A stretch of 64,000 nucleotides of DNA from an uncultured bacterium (GTDB lineage Bacteria; Omnitrophota; Gorgyraeia; Zapsychrales; Aceulaceae): the NCBI GenBank assembly GCA_937930175.1, contig CALGLP010000004.1:2163-66162 (forward strand), given 5' to 3'. How positions within the stretch are numbered: position 1 is the first letter of the stretch; the number at the start of each line of letters is the position of its first letter. Positions 30,490-38,113 of the stretch are shown here, piece after piece. The position numbers and the translations under genes were made by a program. A model generated the notes under the pieces. It saw nothing but the letters and a program-made list of their open reading frames with translations. It was not told where the DNA came from and ran no database searches.

Positions 30490-31764
30490 ATGAAAGTTAG
30501 ATTTGCTCCTAGTCCTACAGGATATCTCCACATCGGCGGCGCGCGGACGGCACTCTTTAATTGGATGTATGCCAAAAGCCAGGAGGGGAGTTTTCTTTTG
30601 CGCATTGAAGATACGGATCTTGAGCGTTCAAAGAAAGAATTTCTCGATGAGATTCTAGAAAGCATGAAATGGCTTGGGCTTGATTGGGATGAGTTATTTT
30701 TGCAAAGCGAGCGTTTTGATGTGTACCGTCAGCATGCCACGAAGCTTTTAGACGAAGGCAAGGCTTACAAAGACGGAGAGGCTGTTATTCTTAAAATCCC
30801 GCCGCAGCAGATTAAGCTTTATGATCTTATCCGCGGAGAAATTGTTTTTGATTCCGAGACGATCAAGGATCAGGTCTTGATAAAATCCGATGGATCGCCA
30901 ACCTATAGTTTTGCCTGTGTGGTGGATGATGCCTTAATGGAGATCACCCATGTTGTACGCGGGGAAGACCATATTTCTAATACCCCTAAGCAGATGATTA
31001 TTTATGAAGCCTTGGGTTTTAAGATACCCAAGTTTGCGCACTTACCGTTGATTATGGGTGAAGATGGCGGACGCCTCTCCAAGCGTACCGGCGCTGTGGC
31101 CGTGAGCGATTATCGCAAGATGGGTTTTGTACCCGAAGGTATTGTGAATTATTTGATGCTCTTGGGTTGGTCGCCTGGGCCCAATCAAGAAATTGTCAAT
31201 CTTGAAAAGGCGTGTCAAAATTTTTCTATAAAAAAAATTAACAAAACAGCAGCGATCTTTTCTATGGATAAGCTGCGATGGGTTAATGCCCAGCATATCA
31301 AGGCCATGGCCCTTGATCGATTGACGGATCTTTTGATTCCCTTGCTTAAAGAAAAAAAATATGTAACAGACACCTTTGATCGTAAAAGACTTGAAAGCAT
31401 TGTGAGTTTGTTTAAGGGGCGGTTATCGACGCTGGAGGATTTTCTTGACTGGGCAGATTTTGTTTTTGTTGATACGCTTAGCGTGCGCGAGGAAGATAAG
31501 CAAAAATATCTTACGCAAGATAGAAAAAAAGAATTTATGATGTTGGCACAAAAGTTAGAAGCGTTAAAGGAGTTTACGCCACAGGCAACAGAATCTTCTT
31601 TTCGGGACGTGGTTTCAGAGCTTGGCATAGCGTCATCTGATTTGGTACACCCGGTGCGTGTTGCCTTAACGGGAAAATCAGTCGGGCCAGGTCTTTTTGA
31701 GACGATGAGTCTTTTGGGAAAAGAAAAGACCGTGGAGCGACTTGAAAAAGCTTTCATTTTGTAA
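30490..31764 (+). CDS. gltX: Glutamyl-tRNA synthetase
   Basis: 424-aa ORF with RFAPSPTGYLHIGGARTALFNW (HIGH) and RLSKRTG (KMSKS-like). Confidence 0.9.
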   Translation: MKVRFAPSPTGYLHIGGARTALFNWMYAKSQEGSFLLRIEDTDLERSKKEFLDEILESMKWLGLDWDELFLQSERFDVYRQHATKLLDEGKAYKDGEAVILKIPPQQIKLYDLIRGEIVFDSETIKDQVLIKSDGSPTYSFACVVDDALMEITHVVRGEDHISNTPKQMIIYEALGFKIPKFAHLPLIMGEDGGRLSKRTGAVAVSDYRKMGFVPEGIVNYLMLLGWSPGPNQEIVNLEKACQNFSIKKINKTAAIFSMDKLRWVNAQHIKAMALDRLTDLLIPLLKEKKYVTDTFDRKRLESIVSLFKGRLSTLEDFLDWADFVFVDTLSVREEDKQKYLTQDRKKEFMMLAQKLEALKEFTPQATESSFRDVVSELGIASSDLVHPVRVALTGKSVGPGLFETMSLLGKEKTVERLEKAFIL

Positions 31765-31791
31765 CGAGTAAAGAGGGGAAGGAGACTAAAG

Positions 31792-31965
31792 ATGTTGAAA
31801 AGATTGTCCGCTGTGATCCTCATTGTTCTGTTTTTTAGTGTTGTGGGATGCGAGACTTTTAAGGGGGCGGGACAAGGCTTTGCCAAGGATACGAGCAAAG
31901 GAGTACCTGCGCTATGGAAAGCTGTGAAAGATGCCGATACTTGGGTTAAAGAAAATCTTTGGTAG
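31792..31965 (+). CDS. Small lipoprotein, entericidin-like
   Basis: My translation gives MLKRLSAVILIVLFFSVVGCETFKGAGQGFAKDTSKGVPALWKAVKDADTWVKENLW (57 aa). It has a lipobox VVGC and a GGAG RBS upstream, and is below the ORF-track cutoff. Confidence 0.5.
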   Translation: MLKRLSAVILIVLFFSVVGCETFKGAGQGFAKDTSKGVPALWKAVKDADTWVKENLW

Positions 31966-32082
31966 GCTAGCGGGTGTGTTGTTGGATGGCATTTTTGATA
32001 GAAAAGTAAAATAAAAGAGCTGTTCTGATCTCAGGGTTGTTTGAGGCAGAAATTTTTTTTGAAAAAAAAGATAAATGTAATT

Positions 32083-32156
32083 TGCCCTGTCGTCTAATGG
32101 TAGGACTCAAGATTCTGGATCTTGCTATCATGGTTCGAGTCCATGCGGGGCAGCCA
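32083..32156 (+). tRNA. tRNA-Gln (CUG)
   Basis: Acceptor TGCCCTG/CGGGGCA, anticodon stem CAAGA/TCTTG with loop TTCTGGA, and T arm CATGG-TTCGAGT-CCATG. CCA is encoded. Length 74 nt. Confidence 0.9.
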
Positions 32157-33833
32157 ACCTTGACGCTCAGGCGAACTTCGAGCGTTCGATACAGTAACAA
32201 GCGCCTTGCAGGCATCCCCTGCAGGGCGCTTGTCATTTTTAGGGGCTTTTTGGGTCTCCGGGGCGGGCAGGCTGCATGAAATGCTGTCAACGGTGGGCTG
32301 GTCTATATACATTTTGATTTCGATATAATCCTTGTAAACGACGATTTCCTTGATCATGGCTTGTATAAGGCTCTTCTGGGCTTCCGGAGGGGCCTTTTCG
32401 ATATATTGCATGGCAAACCTAAGGTTTGAGTGCAAGAATTGCCCCGAGCTTGCCGACATTTGAGCCACGTTCTTTTTAGCCTGCAGTTTTTCCAGCTCGT
32501 CTTCTAGCCTGACAATCTCCTCATCAAGCCTCGCCATCTTGTCCTTGTAAGTCTTCCCTTGCGATATCCTGTTGTCCATAGCCAGTTCAAGAAGCCTGTT
32601 CGCTTCCTGTTTGGTCTCTTCAAGTTTCTCCTGGAGAGGCTTCATCATTTTCTCAAGGGCCTCGAGTTTTATCTGGGAATCAAGGATTGCGTCTCCGATC
32701 GCCTTTACGATGATGTCCTGATCAGTAGATGCCCGCTTGAAATAATCGATAAGCGCCTCATCAAAGCCCCTGGCAGAGAACCTAGACACATCACAGCCTA
32801 ATTTCTGCTTGGACCTGCCGCATACATAATAAAAGAATTTCTCAGCTGCCTGGCCGTTGCCGCTTTCGCAGACATAGTGGCTTCCGCATTCGCCGCACTT
32901 AAGGAGCCCGGCTAAGAGGTAGATATACTCCGGGGTCTGTTTTATAAAGCGATGCCCGGGAAGTTTTGCGGTGAGGACCCGGTTTGCCTTTAACCATAAC
33001 TCTTCGTCCACAATAGCAGGATGAGTGCCTTTGTGGATCTCCTTGCCGTATTTTATATAACCCTTGTGAAATTGATTCTTTATAATCCAGGCAATGCTCT
33101 GCTTGCGCCAGACTTTACCCGTAGGAGTCTTTATGCCTCTGCGGATTAACTCCTGTCCGATATCATAAAGCGACTTGTTATTAGCGGCCATCTCCCAGAT
33201 AAAGCGCAGCTTATTTCCTGTTTCAGGATCGACAATAATTTTATGCGGCTGCCTGCCGTTTGGAAGAGGCGCGCCGTCTGGTATCAATTTATAACCGAAG
33301 GGCACGTTGCCACCAACCCACCTGCCTTGTCGCACCCTGGCAACGCAGGAGGCCTTCACGCGCTCGCCGATGAGCTCCCGCTCAAAAGCCGATAGAATAC
33401 CGAGTATGCCGATTACTACCCTGCCTATGGCAGTTGAGCTATCAAGGTTTTCGCGTACGGATACGAAAGCGATCTCTTTGGAGTTGAATAGATCAATAAG
33501 CCAGTAGAGGTCACGGGTATTGCGGGTTAAGCGGTCAAGACGGAAGAAGATTATTCCGTCAAACGCGGCAGTTTTTCTGCGCACGTGGTCAATAATCATC
33601 TGGATGCCGGGTCTGTTGAGATCCTTGCCGGAATAGCCGTCGTCTTTTACCACGCCTTTATTGCCTATATCGGCAAGCTCATGCCCGAACGCATCCAGCA
33701 GATTCCTGCAGTGGTAGGTCTGGGCATCCAGGGTAGTAAAATCTCCCTGGGCCTGGTCGTCGGTAGAGCAGCGCGTATATATAACGTAGCGTTTTTTCTT
33801 ACGGGTATTATCTGTTTTAACATTCATAGCCAT
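32094..33833 (-). CDS. Large serine recombinase (phage integrase)
   Basis: 579-aa ORF with the N-terminal resolvase domain YVIYTRCSTDDQ (catalytic Ser) and LDRLTRN, a recombinase domain, a zinc-ribbon region (CGECGSHYVCES...YYVCGR) and a coiled coil. The last ~60 codons run through the terminator and antisense to tRNA-Gln, so the true or functional 3' end is uncertain. Confidence 0.85.
   Translation of the reverse strand: MAMNVKTDNTRKKKRYVIYTRCSTDDQAQGDFTTLDAQTYHCRNLLDAFGHELADIGNKGVVKDDGYSGKDLNRPGIQMIIDHVRRKTAAFDGIIFFRLDRLTRNTRDLYWLIDLFNSKEIAFVSVRENLDSSTAIGRVVIGILGILSAFERELIGERVKASCVARVRQGRWVGGNVPFGYKLIPDGAPLPNGRQPHKIIVDPETGNKLRFIWEMAANNKSLYDIGQELIRRGIKTPTGKVWRKQSIAWIIKNQFHKGYIKYGKEIHKGTHPAIVDEELWLKANRVLTAKLPGHRFIKQTPEYIYLLAGLLKCGECGSHYVCESGNGQAAEKFFYYVCGRSKQKLGCDVSRFSARGFDEALIDYFKRASTDQDIIVKAIGDAILDSQIKLEALEKMMKPLQEKLEETKQEANRLLELAMDNRISQGKTYKDKMARLDEEIVRLEDELEKLQAKKNVAQMSASSGQFLHSNLRFAMQYIEKAPPEAQKSLIQAMIKEIVVYKDYIEIKMYIDQPTVDSISCSLPAPETQKAPKNDKRPAGDACKALVTVSNARSSPERQGWLPRMDSNHDSKIQNLESYH
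32197..32240 (+). terminator. Rho-independent terminator downstream of tRNA-Gln
   Basis: ACAAGCGCCTTGCAGG-CATCC-CCTGCAGGGCGCTTGT (16-bp stem with one G-U pair) followed by CATTTTT. It is T-rich only on the plus strand. Confidence 0.6.
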
Positions 33834-33906
33834 AAACTTTCCACCGCATTTAACTCAGGCACCCGCCAGGCAGAAGGCACTCTCCTGCCTGGCGTCGCTA
33901 AAACAG

Positions 33907-34251
33907 TTATGCCTGGGCTTTCTGCTTTTTGCCTTTGCCCCAGCCAGCCTTCCATCTGGTCACAGCCCCAGCCACAATAGCATCAACAGCTTTCTGGTCG
34001 CCGATGTTCTTGAGAACGTCGGTGAGTTCCTGCTTGTTAAGCACCCGAAAATTCTTAACTCCGCGCTGCTTAGCTGTCAGCATTAGCTCGTTGCGTGTGC
34101 TGCCTGCCGCTAAGACAATACCTTCCTTAGGCGACGGAGAATTATCAACCGACGCCTTGGCTTTTTGAGTTTTTGGTTTCTTCTTGCCGTAATGCTTGGC
34201 GTGAAGTTTGTGCAAAAACTCCCGGTCTTTCTTTTTCTGCTCTGCGGTCAT
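33907..34251 (-). CDS. Basic hypothetical protein with SAP/Rho_N-like helix-extension-helix motif
   Basis: 114-aa Lys-rich ORF. NELMLTAKQRGVKNFRVLNKQELTDVL resembles Rho_N/SAP motifs. It is divergent from the early rightward genes. Confidence 0.45.
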   Translation of the reverse strand: MTAEQKKKDREFLHKLHAKHYGKKKPKTQKAKASVDNSPSPKEGIVLAAGSTRNELMLTAKQRGVKNFRVLNKQELTDVLKNIGDQKAVDAIVAGAVTRWKAGWGKGKKQKAQA

Positions 34252-34368
34252 GTGGTTTCACCCCCTTTCAGGTTTTTGGACACCCCAACCCTATAACAAA
34301 ACCCCTACAAGTCAAGAGGAATCGATGCATAGGCGCCCTATGTATATATCCCGTTTTTTTTCGCAAAA

Positions 34369-34414
34369 TGTCCCATTTTTATTGGGACAAATTGCAGAAA
34401 AAATCGGGATATGT
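34369..34414 (+). promoter_or_regulatory. Early-region promoter-like motif with overlapping palindrome (copy 1)
   Basis: The palindrome TGTCCCA-N7-TGGGACA (34369-34389) overlaps a TGGGACA-N16-GGGATATGT motif, 16 nt upstream of the ATG at 34430. The motif recurs at 35349. Confidence 0.4.
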
Positions 34415-34429
34415 AAGTAGAGGTGGAAT

Positions 34430-34645
34430 ATGGGGCAGACCATAAAGAACAATTTCAATAAGCGATTCGGAGGTCGGATTCGGATTGTCTACGCGCAGAA
34501 AGTATCCGCGTTAGAAAGGCAAATCCTTAATGAGAGGCTCTGCAAGGCAATGATAGAAGTGCTTACCGGAATTTTAGGCAGAGAGCCGACCCAGCGGGAG
34601 TTGCTGGGCATCGATGACCTCGCGAAAGCAATAAAGCATAAATAG
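34430..34645 (+). CDS. Hypothetical early protein
   Basis: 71-aa ORF with a GAGGTGG RBS. No motif recognised. Confidence 0.4.
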   Translation: MGQTIKNNFNKRFGGRIRIVYAQKVSALERQILNERLCKAMIEVLTGILGREPTQRELLGIDDLAKAIKHK

Positions 34646-34761
34646 AGATACCTCTGTATATATTTATGAGACCTCCGTGATTTACTTGGCCTCTCTAAAA
34701 GGCTAACGTTAGTAAGGGCTCATTTAAAGACACCTCAAGAAATAAAAAAAGGAGGTGTCTC

Positions 34762-35334
34762 ATGAGTCTCAATTACGGGAAGTTATTTGAGAGCTGGGAG
34801 CTTGCCACCGCGAAGTCAATAATCAATGAATACAGAGAGAAGTATAAATATTTAAGACAGGAAAGCTTTGATGATCTTTTGCAGGATTGTCTTATCTGCT
34901 GGCTGGACCTGCGGGAGCGATACGATCCTGGTCGCGAAGCGTCAAAGAAAACTTTTATGGCCGGGGTCATTAAGAAAGAGCTTGAGAAAATCGCCGAAAA
35001 GCTTAAGGCACATAAGCGAAAGACGATTTTTGAAGCAGTCTCTCTGGATGAGCCCCTTAATGATGACGAAGTCGAGTCCACCTTAAAAGATAAGATTCCC
35101 GAAGACAGGGACGCCCCGCCACAAACCGAAACGGACCTCAAGATAGAAATTTCCAAGGTATATCAAAAACTTACTCCCCAGCAAAAGAAGCTATGCAGAC
35201 TGTTGAGCGATGAAGACCTCAGCATAAAAGAGGTCTGCAAGCAGTTTGGCAAACAAAAGAGCAGTATATACAGAGAAATATCCCGAATTCGGGAGATCTT
35301 CGAGAGGGAAGGCCTTAAAGATTACCTGAAATAA
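34762..35334 (+). CDS. Phage-encoded sigma-70-family (ECF-like) sigma factor
   Basis: 190-aa ORF with a region-2-like segment (DDLLQDCLICWLDLRERYDP...TFMAGVIKKEL) and a region-4 HTH (LTPQQKKLCRLLSDEDLSIKEVCKQFGKQKSSIYREISRIREIF). Confidence 0.65.
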   Translation: MSLNYGKLFESWELATAKSIINEYREKYKYLRQESFDDLLQDCLICWLDLRERYDPGREASKKTFMAGVIKKELEKIAEKLKAHKRKTIFEAVSLDEPLNDDEVESTLKDKIPEDRDAPPQTETDLKIEISKVYQKLTPQQKKLCRLLSDEDLSIKEVCKQFGKQKSSIYREISRIREIFEREGLKDYLK

Positions 35335-35348
35335 TTTTTCAAAAAGGG

Positions 35349-35380
35349 TGGGACATTTTCAGGAAAAAATCGGGATATGT
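35349..35380 (+). promoter_or_regulatory. Early-region promoter-like motif (copy 2)
   Basis: TGGGACATTTTCAGGAAAAAATCGGGATATGT, compared with TGGGACAAATTGCAGAAAAAATCGGGATATGT at 34383. It lies 18 nt upstream of the ATG at 35398. Confidence 0.4.
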
Positions 35381-35397
35381 GTATGGAGGCAAATTAA

Positions 35398-35673
35398 ATG
35401 ACCGATGTGTGCAAATTCAAATTTCAGGAAAAGGTAGGCAAGAAGACGATTGATAAGCAGATCGCCCGTGCCATTGAGACCGCGGAATACACCTTCGGCC
35501 AGGCCAAGGTGCGGCTTCATGCCGGGTATCTGGCCACAGACGATAAGGCGGTCATTGATGTCTCAAGCGAAGTCGGTGAATACATCGCCCAGATATTTAT
35601 CGGCCTTATGACCCGGCAGCTCGGCGAGGACAAATTCACCGTGGAAAGAATAAGGAGGAGCGAAGAGCCATGA
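35398..35673 (+). CDS. Hypothetical protein
   Basis: 91-aa ORF with a GGAGG RBS, translationally coupled to the next ORF. Confidence 0.4.
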   Translation: MTDVCKFKFQEKVGKKTIDKQIARAIETAEYTFGQAKVRLHAGYLATDDKAVIDVSSEVGEYIAQIFIGLMTRQLGEDKFTVERIRRSEEP

Positions 35674-35852
35674 AAGTTATTCAGGGACTAAAGAAACTCT
35701 ATAAAAGCTTGAGTTGGTATAACCGCGATAGACTTGTCGAGGCAAACCGGCCGTTTGGCAAGGATCCAAAAGAATTCATAAGGATACTGATTTGGCTTTT
35801 TGCAATTTCATCGATCATTATCGGCATCCTTTTAATTATCGGAAGGCGGTAG
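35670..35852 (+). CDS. Small membrane protein
   Basis: 60-aa ORF with a C-terminal hydrophobic helix (ILIWLFAISSIIIGILLIIG). Confidence 0.35.
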   Translation: MKVIQGLKKLYKSLSWYNRDRLVEANRPFGKDPKEFIRILIWLFAISSIIIGILLIIGRR

Positions 35853-35858
35853 AGAGCA

Positions 35859-36104
35859 ATGGATGATGGTCAAGGAGACTTATTCTTATCCAAGGAAAAG
35901 CAGCTCTTAAATTGGTGTAAGCAAAAGAGGGTTTTCTCTAAAGCTGAAGTCATCTCCTTTGGCACTAAGAATTATTATCTCCGGGCCGATAGGACAATAA
36001 GGGATTTTGTCCGCAGGGGCATAGTAAGAAAAATAAGCAAGGAAGAATGCATCCGGCGGAACCTCAAGGGCAAGATGGCCTGGTATGAGTTTGCATCTTC
36101 TTAA
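35859..36104 (+). CDS. Hypothetical protein
   Basis: 81-aa ORF. No motif recognised. Confidence 0.35.
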   Translation: MDDGQGDLFLSKEKQLLNWCKQKRVFSKAEVISFGTKNYYLRADRTIRDFVRRGIVRKISKEECIRRNLKGKMAWYEFASS

Positions 36105-36116
36105 AAGAGTATTTTT

Positions 36117-36542
36117 ATGGGAAGCGAAAAGATAGATATCAGGGATTTGCGCGACGGCAAATTCCTTTGGATAGATAAGGCAGCATTAAGACTCATTAGT
36201 GAGAATGCTGGGACAATGGGCGTAGCTGTTTACTCATGGCTTTGTTATTACGCTAATTTTAAGGCGCAGGACTGTTTTCCGTCTATTACTACACTGGCAT
36301 ATCACTGCGGAGTATCCAGGCGCACGATCATGCGGGCAGTGAAGCAGCTTGAGCGGCTAAAAGCTGTCTCAATTGAAAGGAAGAAGGGCAAGCCGAATAT
36401 TTATAAGCTGCTTAATATTTCCGCAGTCAAAAGTTATCCACAACCAAGTAGTGACATTGATGTCACCAGTGACAGGGCTGTCACTGGGGTAGTGACACAG
36501 GCGTCACCAGAGGTAGTGACTGGCGTGTCACACGAACAATAG
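36117..36542 (+). CDS. Winged-helix DNA-binding protein, replication-initiator-like
   Basis: 141-aa ORF with FPSITTLAYHCGVSRRTIMRAVKQLERLKAV (HTH). Its 3' end contains four GTGAC-N6-GTCAC sites. Confidence 0.5.
   Translation: MGSEKIDIRDLRDGKFLWIDKAALRLISENAGTMGVAVYSWLCYYANFKAQDCFPSITTLAYHCGVSRRTIMRAVKQLERLKAVSIERKKGKPNIYKLLNISAVKSYPQPSSDIDVTSDRAVTGVVTQASPEVVTGVSHEQ
36451..36531. repeat. Four tandem 16-bp palindromic sites GTGAC-N6-GTCAC (iteron-like; candidate phage ori)
   Basis: The sites are at 36451-36466, 36469-36484, 36492-36507 and 36516-36531. An AT-rich tract follows immediately (36541-36600). Confidence 0.55.
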
Positions 36543-36726
36543 ATATATAACAAGAGATAACTATCAAAAGATAGTAGTAGAGGCTGTGAAATTGTGAATA
36601 ACTCTGGTTTGTTCTTAAAAGAAAGCTTGCGGGTCCTTCCAAGGGGGTGTGCGGCGCGGGTCGGGCGAGGCGCGGGCTTTCAGTGATTAGGGCTTAAAAA
36701 ATTGATGTCAATGTCAATGAAAATGG

Positions 36727-36760
36727 GTCCTACCCGAAAAGGGCGGAGGACTATCTTTTT
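36727..36760 (+). terminator. Hairpin plus T-run terminator in the 260-nt non-coding gap
   Basis: GTCCTACCC-GAAAA-GGGCGGAGGAC followed by TATCTTTTTC. Confidence 0.4.
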
Positions 36761-36805
36761 CATTTAACTATATATCTATTAAAGGGTTAGAAAAAGGAGG
36801 ATAGA

Positions 36806-38113
36806 GTGGCAAAGATTAACATAAAGCCCGAAATTAGTGACATAAAGTTATCAGAAATAAAGCCCGCCCCATATAATCCGCGGGAGATTACGAATGAGGC
36901 GCTTTCGGGCCTGCGGCATAGCCTGGAAAAGTTTGGCTATGTAGACTTACTGGTAGTCAATAAGCGCAACATGCATATCATCTCAGGGCATCAGCGGTAT
37001 AGGATTTTGCAGGCAGAGGGCGTTGCGACCGCACCGGCTATCTTGGTCGACGTTGATGAAATTCAAGAACAGGCAATGAATGTTACGCTCAATAACCAAG
37101 AGATTGCTGGTCAATGGACGCAGGCGCTTATCCCGCTTTTAGAGAAGTTGCGCAATGAGGCGGCTGATGATTACCTTGCCTTAAGGCTTAAGAATTTACG
37201 GGACAGTGTCGGAGACATGGGAGTTGAGAATTTAGGAGACGGTAAGACGCTTCCGGATGATATTCCTGAACCGCCTAAAGAGGCGATTACTAAAAAAGGC
37301 GACCTTTGGATTATGGGCGAACACAGGCTTCTCTGCGGCGATTCTACAAACGAAAGCGATGTGGCGCGGCTTATGGATAATCAAAAGGCAAGCTTGTTTG
37401 CTACGGATCCGCCCTATTGCGTTGATTATACCGGAGCCGACAGGCCTACCGGCGGCCACGACTGGTCCGGAGTTTATCATGAAGTCGATATTCCGGATGC
37501 TAAGGAATTCATAAAGAAGTTTTATGTAGTGGGCCTTAAGCATATCAAAGAAAATACCGCACTCTATCTTTGGCATGCTTCAAAACGAAGAGGCATGATT
37601 GAGAATATCTGCGACGAGCTGGGCATTCTCCTTCACCAGCAGATTATATGGGTTAAGCCTTGCGCGGTATTAACATATTCGTTTTATTCTTGGCGCCATG
37701 AGCCCTGTCTTCTTATGTGGGTTAAAGGACAAAAACCACCCTATAAGCCAAAAGACAAATCTATCGGCAGCGTGTGGATGATTGATTTCTTGCGCTCAGG
37801 TGATCCTGCTCAAGCCGAATATCATACTGATGTCTGGGAGCTTGATTGGGAAGGCAAGAAACGCAACCCAGGTCTGCATCATCCAACAGTTAAACCTACG
37901 GAGGTATTCGCTATTCCTATGCGCGTGCATACGTCGCCCGGAGAAATCTGTTACGAGCCGTTTAGCGGGTCTGGTTCGCAGATCATTGCAGCTGAACGGT
38001 TAAATAGGCGCTGCTATGCGATGGAGATCGAGCCTATCTTTTGCGACGTGGCCGTCAAGAGATGGGAGGAATTTTCAGGAAGGAAGGCGCATAGAGAAGA
38101 TAGCAATGGATGA
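36806..38113 (+). CDS. ParB-like nuclease domain fused to a DNA methyltransferase (beta-class N6A/N4C)
   Basis: 435-aa ORF starting at GTG with an AGGAGG RBS. It has a ParB-N domain (IKPAPYNPR...ISGHQRYRIL), motif IV DPPY (LFATDPPYCVDY), and motif I afterwards (YEPFSGSGSQIIAAERL). Confidence 0.8.
   Translation: MAKINIKPEISDIKLSEIKPAPYNPREITNEALSGLRHSLEKFGYVDLLVVNKRNMHIISGHQRYRILQAEGVATAPAILVDVDEIQEQAMNVTLNNQEIAGQWTQALIPLLEKLRNEAADDYLALRLKNLRDSVGDMGVENLGDGKTLPDDIPEPPKEAITKKGDLWIMGEHRLLCGDSTNESDVARLMDNQKASLFATDPPYCVDYTGADRPTGGHDWSGVYHEVDIPDAKEFIKKFYVVGLKHIKENTALYLWHASKRRGMIENICDELGILLHQQIIWVKPCAVLTYSFYSWRHEPCLLMWVKGQKPPYKPKDKSIGSVWMIDFLRSGDPAQAEYHTDVWELDWEGKKRNPGLHHPTVKPTEVFAIPMRVHTSPGEICYEPFSGSGSQIIAAERLNRRCYAMEIEPIFCDVAVKRWEEFSGRKAHREDSNG

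Noticed and set aside
31215-31898. A 227-aa minus-strand ORF.
   Set aside because: It is antisense to gltX, which has HIGH and KMSKS motifs, and to the small lipoprotein gene. It has no supporting features.
32157-32164. ACCTTGAC is shared between the region right of tRNA-Gln (32157-32164) and the region right of the last phage ORF (61469-61476), considered as an att core.
   Set aside because: An 8-mer match between two ~150-nt windows is expected by chance at appreciable frequency. The second copy is simply part of the TetR promoter -35 region (CCTTGACA). Serine integrases need only a 2-bp identical core.
31967-32290. ORFs 31967-32290 (minus) and 32037-32279 (plus).
   Set aside because: Both lie across tRNA-Gln and its terminator hairpin, so they are not credible as coding.
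38016-38105. The 5' extension of the small-terminase ORF, and similar long ORF-track starts at 11473, 16746, 29171, 45720 and 60304.
   Set aside because: These extensions overlap the preceding gene. Internal ATGs with better RBS or spacing give N-termini matching the recognised families.
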